From the IMG/VR virus record IMGVR_UViG_3300037455_000402, positions 74,951 to 138,950 of that record: DNA of 64,000 bases; one strand, given 5' to 3'. The stretch is from a virus. Taxonomy: Duplodnaviria; Heunggongvirae; Uroviricota; Caudoviricetes. Numbering within the stretch: the first letter of the stretch is position 1; the number at the start of each line of letters is the position of its first letter. Below the pieces are notes generated by a model. That model was given only the letters and a program-made list of their open reading frames with translations, did no database searches and was not told the origin of the DNA. Of the stretch, positions 12,999-23,626 are shown piece by piece. The translations under genes and the position numbers were made by a program.

Positions 12999-13270
12999 TA
13001 TCGTTCTTCCCTCCTTACATTTATAAATTTATTGTCAAAAGTAAGGATATATTGTCCATCATTAGTCATTAATGTCGGACCTCTTACACCAATAGTAGTT
13101 TCTCCTTCAAGATTTCTTATTTCATATGTTTTACCATTTAAAGTTATATCTAAATTTGCTACAGCTTTAATTGTATTTTTACCAAGATAATCAGGTGTTA
13201 AGAGGTTATCTTCTAAAGCCTCGGTAATTTCTGCCAAAGCCGCTTCTGATGAATAATTATTCCATCCCAT
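12998..13270 (-). CDS. Hypothetical protein, 90 aa
   Basis: GAGGTG RBS; first gene after the promoter at 13285-13313; no TAG. Confidence 0.7.
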   Translation of the reverse strand: MGWNNYSSEAALAEITEALEDNLLTPDYLGKNTIKAVANLDITLNGKTYEIRNLEGETTIGVRGPTLMTNDGQYILTFDNKFINVRREER

Positions 13271-13284
13271 TTTCTTTCACCTCT

Positions 13285-13313
13285 ATTATATCACATTAGA
13301 TGATAAAAGTCAA
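13285..13313 (-). promoter_or_regulatory. SigA-type promoter
   Basis: TTGACT-N17-TATAAT with extended -10 TG. Confidence 0.8.
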
Positions 13314-13330
13314 GCCGCCGATTAGGCGGC
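13314..13330 (-). terminator. GC-rich hairpin abutting the -35 box
   Basis: GCCGCC-N5-GGCGGC followed on the minus strand by TTGACTTTT. Confidence 0.55.
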
Positions 13331-13337
13331 CTAACTA

Positions 13338-14000
13338 TCAATATGTTCTGAATTGTAAACTGTAAATTGAAGGAGCGGCATTATTTTGAGTTGAAGTTGT
13401 TTTAATTCCAATCAAATATTTGCCAGGGATTGGAAGGGTTGCAAGCATTATGCCTTCCAAATCATTCTAATCCTATACTCCATTATGTGTAAATGTCATT
13501 TCAACTATATCTGCGTCTGGAGTTGTTAAATGATTATTAAGTTTGGTTAAATAATCATTTACTGTATAATTACTATTAAAAGGAATTAAATAGATATTAA
13601 CTACAGTTGAAGTCCAATTCGCTTCACTTACTTTACAAGTTGAAATTACACGGTCAGAAGCAAAATCAATAACACGATTAATGAACATAAACTTAACATC
13701 ATTCTTTCTTGTTTGCGTATTTGGAATTTGAGCTTGCGGCAAAAAGTTTAAACCATTATGTCTTGCTTTGTTAACAATAGCCATATCGCTATTTTCAACT
13801 GTTTGTTCCCAAGACTCATATCCGTCCCAAATTCCATCAACAGTATCTGTGGTATCATCAGTATCATAAACATATGTATATGTACCAAGCGTATCATAGA
13901 CTTCCTAAAAAGTTGCGTCTCTATTCATTAAAGTATCAGGGATTTGAGAAATGACCGCAATCTATGCGCCGCCTTGCGGCAAATGTAAAATTCCACTCAT
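13338..14000 (-). CDS. Hypothetical protein, 220 aa; 4 TAG=Gln
   Basis: GGGGTG RBS plus ATG at 14000; extends ORF 13473..13784; TGA at 13338. Confidence 0.75.
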
Positions 14001-14012
14001 TTAACTCACCCC

Positions 14013-16985
14013 TTAATATTTCATTATTTTAACAACAAAATCTCTATTTCCGTAGGTATCAGTAATTTTTACGCAAGGCTTACTATTACTATCATAATAT
14101 TTAGTAAAGGTTGGAGGTCCTTCTGGTCCACTTGTTGTATCAAAAATAGAAGTTATGCAGTCTACACCAGAAGAAGTTTCAATCCAGTAGCGAGCTTCCT
14201 TAATAACCTAACCTGGAGTGTTTCTACTCATTATTGTTACCTCAAGAAGTTGATAAGCATAGGAATCGTCAATAACAATATCGACCCTATCATGTCCACT
14301 AATGGTTTTTATAATACCATCATTTGTGGAACGAGAGAAAGTGGGGGTAGTTACTGAACTTGAACATAACATTGGATAAAAGAGTTTATCAGTAAATTGA
14401 AGTCCATGAGTTGCAGCAACTATTACTTTTAATTCAGTAGGTCCATTTACAGTAAATGTTGATGTTTCACCATCTTTTACTGAAGCAAGTTTACCACCAT
14501 TTTTATCATAAAGGTCCATATAATATGAATTAGTTGAACCTCCGATACTTCCTGAAAATTTATAAGTTCCTGCAGGAATAGTGTTTACTACATCAATTTC
14601 AAATGTACCTGAGCTGCCATACTATGAACCATCAGCAGAAACAATTACTGAACCATCAGAGCGTTTAGCACCGCTATAACCAGTGCCCAATGTTATTACA
14701 CCTAACTGAAGAAGGTTATCAGAAATTCCTACAAGGTCACATTTTTCCTACATTATATCGACCTAAGACTAATCAGCCTTAGCAGCAAGAGCATTTGTAA
14801 CAACTCTGTTCTCAACAGGATTTGTTGAAACAGAACTAAGCGCATCATCGACTGTAATAACAGGAGTTACGGCTAAATAACTTCCTTCAACTACAAGCAA
14901 CATAGGAACTTCAATTGAAGGCTTTTCGCCATATGCTCTAAATACTACGCTACCAGTATTAACGCTTTCGATTATAAGTTTAGCACCAAGTAATCCATTT
15001 AATTGGTTTTCAGTAATACCATTTGCAGGGCCTACATCAATAAAATCGGTTGACTCAATATTCGCATTTGTTAATGTATATAAGTAAGAACCATCCTATT
15101 GTTGTACCCAGTTTGCAGGTAATAAACTGAAACTATACTGAGTGCTTCTTAAAGTAACAGAACCAGCGTCAATAGTTGAACCAGTACTTAAAGTAATAAT
15201 TAAATGCTCATTTGTAATTGTAGTATTGGTAATTGAAACACCGTCATCACCATCAATACCATTTGTTACAGTAAATGTAGAAGTTGTATTATCAGTATAA
15301 GTAATTGTATAAGTATCAACTGCTCCACTTGAACTTGTAAAAGCGATTGTTTTAATACCTAAACCATCAGTACCATTCTGACCTGCCGCGCCATTAGTAA
15401 CAGCAAAAGTAGTATGAGTACCGTCTGTAAAGTTAATAGTATAAGTATCAACAAGACCTGCTGAAACAGGGCCTGTTACAGAACTAATACCATTACCAGT
15501 AGCACCTACTGCGCCATCATCACCATTTGTAACAGTGAATGTTACAGGGTTCTGTCCGTCTGTAAAGTTAATTGTATAAGTATCAACTAAACCGACAGTT
15601 ACAGGACCAGTAATTGAAGCAATACCTCTACCATCATTGCCGTTAGTACCATTTGTACCATTTGTACCGTTAGCACCATTAGTAACTGTAAAAGTAGCTG
15701 TGTTTCCATCTGTATAAGTAATTGTATATGTATCAACTAAGTCGACCGTACCTGTTTTAGTAATAGAATAAATACCAATACCGTCTTCGCCGTCTTCACC
15801 ATTTTGTCCATTAGTACCATTAGTACCATTCTGACCTGCCGCACCATTAGTAACTGTAAATGTTGAAGTTGTACTATCACTATAAGTAATAGTATATGTA
15901 TCAACAAGTCCAATAGTATCAGTCTTAGCAATAGAAGTAATACCTCTACCTGCCGCACCCTGAACTGGTCCGATTCTTACAGGATTGCCTGGGTCATCTG
16001 TATAGGTAACATATAAGTCACCATTTGTAATAGCGACACCTGAAATACCTCTACCTGCTGGTCCCTAAATTCTACCAACATTTTTAAAGCCGTTAACCAT
16101 ATCTGGGTCAGAGCCGCCAGTATAAATCCAAAGGTCTCCATTGATTAAATAAGCGTCACCATTATGCTGTCCAGTAGAAGGAAGTTCAGATGTTGAACTT
16201 AAATTATCAATGATTGTAATTGAAGTACCGTCAGCACCTTTTGCTACACCAGCATCAATTGCAGGACCCTAACTTAAAGTAAGAATTAAGTGACCATTCG
16301 CGTCAATTGAAGCACCAGTAATTGAAATACCGTCTGCACCTGGGGCACCATTTTGACCAGTTGAACCCGGGTCACCCTTTTCACCATTTGTAACAGTGAA
16401 AGTTTCAGTGCTATTATCTGTTAATGTAATTGTATAAGTATCAACAAGTCCTGATGTACCTGTTTTCTAAATGTCAAGAATACCTATACCGTCAAGACCC
16501 GGTGCGCCGTCTTGTCCGTTTACACCATCTGCACCGTCATGACCATTGGTACCATTAGTACCATTAATACCATTTGTTACAGTAAAAGTAGTTGAAGTAC
16601 CATTGGTGAAAGATATAGTATAGGTATCAACATTTCCTTCTGTACCAGTTTTTGATACAGATGAAATACCATTACCTGTTGCACCATTTTGTCCGTCGAC
16701 TCCATCTTTACCGTCTTTACCGTCCTGTCCATCTGCACCTGGGGCACCATCATGTCCATCTGCACCATCTGCACCTTTTGCATTTCCTGCATTAAAAGAA
16801 GTACCGTCACTTAAGGTAATAATAAGCTGTCCATTGCTATTAATTTCTGCGTTACTTACGGAAGTACCGTCCTTACCATCCTTACCGTCTTTACCTGCAG
16901 GACCCTGAGGACCTTCTGGACCTTGAGGACCTATTCCTCCACCGCCGCCAGAGCCGCTGCCGAACGGGTCAAAGAATCCACTCAT
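14013..16985 (-). CDS. Tail fibre/collagen-like repeat protein, 990 aa
   Basis: ORFs 16467..16985 and 14208..14519 share a frame. Contains GXY triplets, VDTYTI repeats and the fibre motif VDDALSSVSTNPVENRVVTNAL. TAA at 14013. Confidence 0.82.
15290..16680 (-). repeat. Seven degenerate VDTYTIT(F/Y)TDG...TFTVTNG coding repeats
   Basis: GTATA(A/T/G)GTATCAAC recurs on the plus strand near 15308, 15440, 15573, 15723, 15893, 16433 and 16618. Confidence 0.8.
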
Positions 16986-16997
16986 TTATATCACCTC

Positions 16998-17285
16998 TCA
17001 AATTATGTAATAAATATTACCAGTGAAAGCGGTTTTAAATTTGAGACTCCAAATATTCATACCTCTTTCTCCAGTAAAAGGTGTCACAAAGTGACCTGCT
17101 GCTGGTATTTCCATTTCTTCATTGGAGTCATTAAGATAAAACTTGGTACCAGCAGTTCCTTCAAATCCCACGAATCTGAGAGAAGAACCCATACTAATAT
17201 TATCGTTTTCCTTTACTGACGCCTTGATTAATGGTACGCAATTTTCCATTGCTCCAGCTGTGCATTTCCACATTCTGTATTCCAT
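16998..17285 (-). CDS. Hypothetical protein, 95 aa
   Basis: GGAGG RBS; complete ORF; no TAG. Confidence 0.7.
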   Translation of the reverse strand: MEYRMWKCTAGAMENCVPLIKASVKENDNISMGSSLRFVGFEGTAGTKFYLNDSNEEMEIPAAGHFVTPFTGERGMNIWSLKFKTAFTGNIYYII

Positions 17286-17297
17286 ACCATCGCCTCC

Positions 17298-17561
17298 TTA
17301 AATAATTTCTTCACCATATTGGTTAAAAATACTCTTTACTCTACTCATTTCTTCAGGATTATCAATTAATATCATAATTGTATCTCCCTATAAGAAGCGT
17401 CCTGATAATATTCCTATTAAAGATTTACCATTAATTCTTCTACCATATTCTTTATATAAAAATACTGATGTTGGTAATTCACTTAAAGCAAATACCAAAT
17501 TAGCAGCATTTCTATTCCATAATGTTAAATTTAATTTATATGAACAACTCACGTTCATCAT
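17298..17561 (-). CDS. HPr-family (PTS phosphocarrier-like) protein, 87 aa, lacking His15; 1 TAG=Gln
   Basis: RRINGKSLIGILS matches the HPr Ser46 motif. GLHARPA is replaced by TLWNRNA. TAG readthrough at 17388 gives normal HPr length. Confidence 0.75.
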
Positions 17562-17575
17562 CTCCCTCAAATAAT

Positions 17576-17604
17576 ATTATAACATTCTTTCTCTTCGAAG
17601 TCAA
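17576..17604 (-). promoter_or_regulatory. SigA-type promoter (leftward of a divergent pair)
   Basis: TTGACT-N17-TATAAT with TG. Confidence 0.82.
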
Positions 17605-17620
17605 GCGGTTCGTAAAAAAC

Positions 17621-17649
17621 TTGACTTTTGGACTTTTTTATGATATAAT
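17621..17649 (+). promoter_or_regulatory. SigA-type promoter (rightward of a divergent pair)
   Basis: TTGACT-N17-TATAAT with TG. Confidence 0.82.
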
Positions 17650-17682
17650 AAAAGTATCAAGAAAAAAGGAGCGTGAAATTGA

Positions 17683-18681
17683 ATGACTGCAAAAGAACAT
17701 TTAAAATATTTGCGTGTTATTAATTACTTTAATTTCATTAATAATCACTATCCAAATCCGATTCTTAATAAAGAGAAATAGGCAGAAGTAAATGGTAATA
17801 TATCACTTACTTATATGATGACTGACTTTATTAAGAAATATGAATTTGAATTGAAGAAAAGATATACATTTGTAGTTAATTATGACCACACTGTATATTC
17901 ATTCTTAGCTCTACGTATATGTCACGCCGCCGCGGCAGCAATGAGAGTTACTATTAATATACGTATCCTCGGTGACTTAAATGCGGAAGAGAAAGAATAT
18001 TTTAAAGACTTTCCAACTATAAGCTATCGGAAAGCAAAAAAAGAGAAACACTGTGTCTTAATTACAGGTTATCATCCTATTTTTAATGTAAAAAATGAAG
18101 CAGCTTTGTCTAAGGATTTTATAGAAATATATCATCCTGTTGCTCGAATGAACCCATCTGACATTTATACCGCACAAACCTTCTATTTAGATGAAGGTTC
18201 ATTCTTGTGGGACCAGTATCCACTTAAAGTTTTATGGTATGATTTTTATAAGTTACCGATAGGCGGCGGAGTTGATTGGTATGAGCAAAATGATAATGCA
18301 AAACAGGAAGCCGTCGATAAAGTTTATGATATTACCGATAAATCAATTCCACTTGTACTCTTCATACTTGACGGTTCAGAAGAAGATTTTAAACTTTATG
18401 ATTTAATACTTGACTCTTCAAAGGAAGGCAACATTCATTTATATATGTTCCACGATAATGTAGGGGATAAACTTGAATTTACTATGACAAATCTTGGACG
18501 CTATATTGATTCTCGTAATTTTCCACAGGTTTATAATATTGTAAGCAGAGAAAGAGCAAAAGAACTTTTTGAAATTACAGGACAAGATATGGATAGATAC
18601 ACAGTTGATTACGGAATGGCAAAGCAATACAATACTGAAGCTTTAATAGATATGTTAAATGGAGGAGATATATTACCATGA
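17683..18681 (+). CDS. Hypothetical protein, 332 aa; 1 TAG=Gln
   Basis: AAGGAG RBS plus ATG at 17683; TAG at codon 33; in frame with ORF 17815..18681. Confidence 0.78.
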
Positions 18682-19184
18682 AAGTTGTAGTTGTAAATGG
18701 ACGAGGGGCCAGCGGCAAAACCACATTTGAAACTCTTGTATAGAAAATAGCCGAAGCAAGAGGAATGAAAGTTGAAATTATTTCAACTATTACTTATGTT
18801 AAAGATATAGCAAAAATAATCGGTTGGGACGGCGGCAAGTCCCCAGCAGATAGAAGATTTCTCTCAGACCTTAAAGATGCTCTAACTCGCTGGAAGGATT
18901 TACCTTATCAGGCTTGTCAGGCTTCGATTGATTTCCTCGAAGATGATACGGATATTGTCTTTATAGATTGCCGCGAGCCAGAAGAAATTGAACGTTTTGT
19001 TGGTGACTATAATGCTTTAACCGTACTTGTTCAACGTGGCGAGGTTATTACTTATGGAAACCATGCAGATGATAATGTTGAAAATTATCAATATGACGTT
19101 ATAATTGATAATAGCCGTGGACTTGACGAACTTATGCAAGAGGCTACCATTTTTGTAGAAACTTTTGTAGAAGATAGCGATTGA
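18678..19184 (+). CDS. P-loop nucleoside monophosphate kinase-like protein, 168 aa; 1 TAG=Gln
   Basis: Walker A GRGASGKTT lies upstream of the TAG, in frame with ORF 18765..19184; FIDCRE motif. Confidence 0.8.
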
Positions 19185-19209
19185 CTTTTGAAAGAATTTT
19201 TGATATAAT
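19181..19209 (+). promoter_or_regulatory. SigA-type promoter
   Basis: TTGACT-N17-TATAAT with TG. Confidence 0.8.
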
Positions 19210-19240
19210 AAATATAGAAAAAATTAAAGGAGAGTTGTTT

Positions 19241-20359
19241 ATGGAAATTTTAATAGACGGATTTGATTTCTGGAATATGAGTGCTCAGAAGTATTACAGC
19301 TTTACTTCCAGTTATAAGGGAGACAAGAAAGCTAAGGCTAAGGAGCTTTGTCTTTCTGATAAGTATTATGGTTCAAGAAAAATGGACGGCGCTTGGAATA
19401 TGATTATCAAGGATATGGACGGCAATTTCCATATGAGAAGTAGAACTGAATCTGTCAATGGCGGATATACTGACAAGGCAGAATGGGTTCCGCAGATATG
19501 TGATAGCTTCGCCACCGTACCTAATGGTACAGTTTTCATTGGTGAAATTTATTTCCCAAATAACGAAGGTAGCCGTAAAATTACTTCTGTTCTCAACTGT
19601 TTAAAGGATAAGTGCCTTGATAGACAGAAGAAGGGCGAGTATCTCCATTACTATATTTTTGATATAGTCGCTTGGAATGGTAAGTCAATGATTAATATGC
19701 CTTTTGGCGAGAGAATTAATTACCTCAATCTTGAAATTCTTAAGGACCTTCCTTATGTTGACCTCGCTCAGTATGTTAAAGGTCAGGAACTTTGGGATTT
19801 ATATGGTAATGTTATTGCCGCAGGCGGAGAGGGAATCGTTATTACAAGAGAAGACTGCCAGTATCTTTGCGGTAAAAGAACTGCTTGGATGACTCTTAAG
19901 ATGAAGAAGGAACTTGAAGATACTGTTGATGCTTTCCTTGACGGTGATTATAAGCCCGCAAATCGTCTTTATGACGGTAAAGAAATGGAGACATGGCCCT
20001 ATTGGGAGAATTATAAGACAGGTGAAAAGTACGATACTTGTCAGATTGAGGACTATCGTAATGGCGTTCCTGTTGAACCAGTTAAAAAGCCTTACTTCTT
20101 CGGTTGGGCAAGTGCAGTATCTTTCTCTGTAATGAAAGACGGCAAGCCAGTTCATATCGCTTGGATTAGTAATATAACTGATGAACTTAAGAAGGAAATC
20201 GTTACAAATCCTGAAAAGTGGAAGGGTAAGGTTGCTGAACTTACTGCCATGGAAATCGAGCACATCGACGGAGATTACACACTTCGTCACGGAAAAATCG
20301 AAACTTGGAGAGCCGATAAAAAGCCAGAAGATTGTGAGTTTTCACAGATAACAAAGTAA
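19241..20359 (+). CDS. ATP-dependent DNA ligase, 372 aa
   Basis: KMDG adenylation motif, FIGEI, YIFDI, GGEGIV, LKMK; AAAGGAG RBS before ATG at 19241; no TAG. Confidence 0.9.
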   Translation: MEILIDGFDFWNMSAQKYYSFTSSYKGDKKAKAKELCLSDKYYGSRKMDGAWNMIIKDMDGNFHMRSRTESVNGGYTDKAEWVPQICDSFATVPNGTVFIGEIYFPNNEGSRKITSVLNCLKDKCLDRQKKGEYLHYYIFDIVAWNGKSMINMPFGERINYLNLEILKDLPYVDLAQYVKGQELWDLYGNVIAAGGEGIVITREDCQYLCGKRTAWMTLKMKKELEDTVDAFLDGDYKPANRLYDGKEMETWPYWENYKTGEKYDTCQIEDYRNGVPVEPVKKPYFFGWASAVSFSVMKDGKPVHIAWISNITDELKKEIVTNPEKWKGKVAELTAMEIEHIDGDYTLRHGKIETWRADKKPEDCEFSQITK

Positions 20360-20362
20360 AAA

Positions 20363-20391
20363 ATTAGATTAGTTTTAATGCAAATCTACAT
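20363..20391 (+). promoter_or_regulatory. Putative late promoter/operator, copy L2
   Basis: ATTA-GATTAGTTT-TAAT-GC-AAATCTACAT, same spacing as L1 and L3. Confidence 0.5.
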
Positions 20392-20401
20392 ATTATTAGT
20401 A

Positions 20402-20430
20402 GGGGAAGTTTTATCTTCCCCCTTTATTTT
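20402..20430 (+). terminator. Intrinsic terminator-like hairpin after the ligase
   Basis: GGGGAAG-N6-CTTCCCC followed by a T-rich tail. Confidence 0.6.
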
Positions 20431-20450
20431 GTACAGTGAGGTGAAATAAA

Positions 20451-21428
20451 ATGAGAGACGAATATGGATGCCCAGTTCCTGAGTATGATTATTACCCACA
20501 TGAACACTTAGGTCCTGTGCCATTCAATCCCAATCCTGAGCCTCCTCCACCACCACCTAAGCCAGAACGTAAGGTTGGTTATGTAGATGCAGGCCCAACA
20601 AAAAGACCTCCGCTTCTTGCGCCAATTCCTCCAAGAATACCGCCAAAGCATACACAAGTATAGCCTCGCTGTTTTACTTGTAAACACTTTGAAATGTGCG
20701 CTTATAAGTAGGATTACTTAAAAACAGTCACATTATTGTAGAATTGCCTTGGAGCACCGTCTTTCGATTATGAGCAGACAACAAGATATATTACCATTCC
20801 TGAGTTCGTTGGTTTGCCTATCATTAATGAAGATAAGTATTTCCCAAAAGAAGTTAAATTTGATAATTCTGATGATGTAGGTCGTCTTTTCCTTTCAAAA
20901 TTTAACGGAATTAACTTTGTAAATGTTGTTTATAAAGTTAAGAAATACTATATCTTAATTCAGTTAAAGTATAACACTGAATCTGAATTATATGAGATAA
21001 AATCTTGTAAGGAGGCTTTCTATAAAGTTGATTATGAACTTAATGAAAAGTCTTTAGAAGAAATTCAATTAGGTTTAGTTGATTGGAGAGAAATAATTAT
21101 TAATTCTCCTGCTCTCCCTCCGCCGCCAAAGAAGGATATAATCAATACAACACATTTCTCTGCGGTATTAGATTGTGATATGTATGAGTGGAATAGAGAT
21201 TCCTTTGACGATGCTGTTAAGAAACTTCTTAAGAAGTATCCTAATGGTATTCCAATTGGTCCTGACGGCAGAGCATTATATCATATAGCCACTTATCATG
21301 TTGCAGAATGGGAAGTTCCATATGCGCCATTATATTATAATGAAGTGGATAAAAAGAAGCTTGTTAACTATATCCCGCCACAGCCGGCGAAATAGTCTAA
21401 ACCACCAAAAAGACGTGGAGATATGTAA
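20451..21428 (+). CDS. Pro-rich hypothetical protein with CxxCxHxxxC, 325 aa; 4 TAG=Gln
   Basis: ORFs 20451..20663 and 20814..21395 are in frame via TAGs; TAA at 21426. Confidence 0.75.
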
Positions 21429-21824
21429 TTGGCTTCAAAAGGAGAAGAAAAAATTGCAAAGATTTTGAAAGCCAGCCATATTTATTATAAAACAGAGGTA
21501 AGCTTTCCAGACTTAAAAAGTTTGCGTGGAAACTTATTAAGATTTGACTTTGCAATTTACAGTAAGGGTAAGATTGTAGCACTAATAGAATATGACGGAG
21601 AACAACATTTTCACCAAGTTCCTTACTTTCAAAAAACAATTTCAGAGTTTAGACAGACCCAAGAATGGGACAGACGCAAAAACGCTTATTGTCTGAGAAA
21701 GAAGATTCCTCTTATTCGAATTCCTTATTGGGATTACGAGAACTTGACAATTGAGAAAATTCTAACAGAGCCTTCTTACCGAGTAATGAGTAAATTTCAT
21801 AATGATTTACTAAATCGGAGGTGA
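21429..21824 (+). CDS. PD-(D/E)xK endonuclease (DUF559/Vsr-like fold)
   Basis: LRFDFAI...LIEYDGEQH...D..KN.YC....IPLIRIPYW pattern. Confidence 0.78.
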   Translation: MASKGEEKIAKILKASHIYYKTEVSFPDLKSLRGNLLRFDFAIYSKGKIVALIEYDGEQHFHQVPYFQKTISEFRQTQEWDRRKNAYCLRKKIPLIRIPYWDYENLTIEKILTEPSYRVMSKFHNDLLNRR

Positions 21825-21829
21825 ATCGA

Positions 21830-22324
21830 ATGACTACAGCAGCAATAGCAGCGATAGCCGCCGCAGTAACTGGTGTGATAACTGCAATTGGCGCCGTTAT
21901 TGTCAATATTAAAAAGGTTGATAAAGAACCTGACCAGACCGACCTTGAGCTTAAAGATGCTCTTGCAAGAGAGAAAGAAAAGAACGACGCCGCAATAGAG
22001 GCATTCACAGATTTCGGGAAGGAAATAAAAGCTTCTATTGAAGAATTAAAAACTGAGATTAATACTAAGTTTGAAGACGTTAATAGAAAGCTTGCCGATA
22101 TGGACACTCGAATTGAAAATTATCGTCAAGAGACTCGTGAAATTAACAAGTCTGAACTTAGACATTCTATTACTCAGATTTACTTTGCTCATTGTAAAGA
22201 AAAGAGTTTTGATTTGAATACTAAAAATGACCTTTGTTCTTTATATTAGGCTTATAGTACAATTGGAGGAAATTCATTTGCACATGAGTTATATGAAGAA
22301 ATGATGAGTTGGGAAGTTAAATAA
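21830..22324 (+). CDS. Membrane-anchored holin-like coiled-coil protein, 164 aa; 1 TAG=Gln
   Basis: One N-terminal TM segment. C-terminal LR..I..IY...LY(Q)AY..IGGNSF...LYEE motif is completed only by readthrough at 22247. Confidence 0.62.
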
Positions 22325-22327
22325 ATT

Positions 22328-22352
22328 GAGGGCGAGAAATCGCCCTCTTTTT
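22328..22352 (+). terminator. Intrinsic terminator
   Basis: GAGGGCGA-GAAA-TCGCCCTC-TTTTT. Confidence 0.85.
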
Positions 22353-22353
22353 C

Positions 22354-22382
22354 TTGACTTTTTATAAATTTTATGGTATAAT
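22354..22382 (+). promoter_or_regulatory. SigA-type promoter
   Basis: TTGACT-N17-TATAAT with TG. Confidence 0.8.
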
Positions 22383-22414
22383 TATTATAGTAAAAAATGA
22401 AAGGAGTAAAAGAA

Positions 22415-22699
22415 ATGGATTATGAAGTAATTAAATGTGAGTATTGTAAGTGGGCAAGAAAAGCTGAAAATAAGGACTATGTTGGTTGCGCCGCAACACT
22501 TGCAACTGATAAGCTTGATTATACAAATAATAACGATTTACTTAATTTTTATGACCGTGATGAAATTGCAACTGGCTGGGTTAATCTTCATGCTTATCCA
22601 GATGGCAATGACTGGCTTGGTATGATTACCAGTGGGATTCCTTGTTTTAAGCGAAATGATAGTTGTAAACATTTTGATTTGAGAGGAGATTTTAAATGA
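22415..22699 (+). CDS. Cys-containing hypothetical protein, 94 aa
   Basis: AAAGGAG RBS; CxxC near the N-terminus. Confidence 0.7.
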   Translation: MDYEVIKCEYCKWARKAENKDYVGCAATLATDKLDYTNNNDLLNFYDRDEIATGWVNLHAYPDGNDWLGMITSGIPCFKRNDSCKHFDLRGDFK

Positions 22700-23040
22700 A
22701 AAAAATAATTGTTTTTAAAGAGCGTTGGCCTTTTTCGTGTCCTCATCTTGTCGCAACTTTTACTTCTACAAAATTAGCTTATGATTATTTAATTAATTAT
22801 TTAAACTATCTTGAAAATGATGCGAAAGAATATATGGGTGGAAAACAATTACAAATGGAATTACTTCGTCTTGATATTATAAGAGATAATATTAAAGAAA
22901 TTTTGAATTGGGACTTAGGTCTTGATGCAAATCTTCGTAGTCTACATTGCCAAGGATTTGAACTTGATGTAATTCATTGTATCGAAGAAGATTCAGACCT
23001 TATTTATCGTGAAGAGAAAGGAGAAAATTATGAGTTTTAA
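22696..23040 (+). CDS. Hypothetical protein, 114 aa
   Basis: GAGGAG RBS; ATGA overlap with the previous gene. Confidence 0.7.
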   Translation: MKKIIVFKERWPFSCPHLVATFTSTKLAYDYLINYLNYLENDAKEYMGGKQLQMELLRLDIIRDNIKEILNWDLGLDANLRSLHCQGFELDVIHCIEEDSDLIYREEKGENYEF

Positions 23041-23626
23041 AATTTATACAGATGGCGCCGCAACAATGAGAAAAGTCAATGGCGAGTATGTCCGTGAAGC
23101 TGGCGGCTGGTCATACATAATTCTTGATGAAAATGAAAAAGAAATATGTGGAGCCTTTGGCGGCGACCCACAAACCACTAATAATGCTATGGAGCTTACT
23201 GCTATTAAAAAGGGCTTACAGAGATTTTTAACCTTTGGTTTCCGTGGCGAGGGTATTTCTATCCATTCCGACTCAGCTTACTGTATCAACATTTTCACTC
23301 AGTGGGTTGAAGGTTGGAAAAATAATGGCTGGACTCGTGGTAAGAAACACGAACCCATTGAGAATCTTGAACTTGTTAAGGATATTTATACCCTTATCCA
23401 AGAGTGTAAAAGATGTTTCTGTGAGGTTAATTTTGTAAAGGTAAAAGGTCACGCTGGCGATTATTGGAATGAAAAAGTTGACCATTTTGCTGTACAGGGT
23501 AAGTTAAATGCTGGTGGAGAAGGAGTGTTCAAGAAGCCTACCGCTGATGTCGCCGCCAGACTCGAAGAAGAAAAAGAAATAAGTGAACGTGAAGAAGACT
23601 ATATGTGTCCAGGTTTCTTTATGTAA
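23030..23626 (+). CDS. rnhA: Ribonuclease HI
   Basis: IYTDGA, TTNNAMELTA, HSDSAY, KVKGHAG..WNEKVD motifs. Confidence 0.93.
   Translation: MSFKIYTDGAATMRKVNGEYVREAGGWSYIILDENEKEICGAFGGDPQTTNNAMELTAIKKGLQRFLTFGFRGEGISIHSDSAYCINIFTQWVEGWKNNGWTRGKKHEPIENLELVKDIYTLIQECKRCFCEVNFVKVKGHAGDYWNEKVDHFAVQGKLNAGGEGVFKKPTADVAARLEEEKEISEREEDYMCPGFFM

Noticed and set aside
1-17561. Fragmented ORFs read as pseudogenes or a decayed prophage
   Set aside because: Breaks are only in-frame TAGs, with no frameshifts or internal TAA/TGA in the stretches checked. RBSs, overlaps and motifs are intact.
17562-17682. Replication origin at the divergence point
   Set aside because: AT-rich, but fully explained by two back-to-back promoters; no iterons or DnaA boxes seen.
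19181-19240. Upstream starts given by the track (19181, 37093, 61634, 4610)
   Set aside because: These extensions run through promoter boxes or other genes. Downstream ATGs with proper RBSs were used instead.
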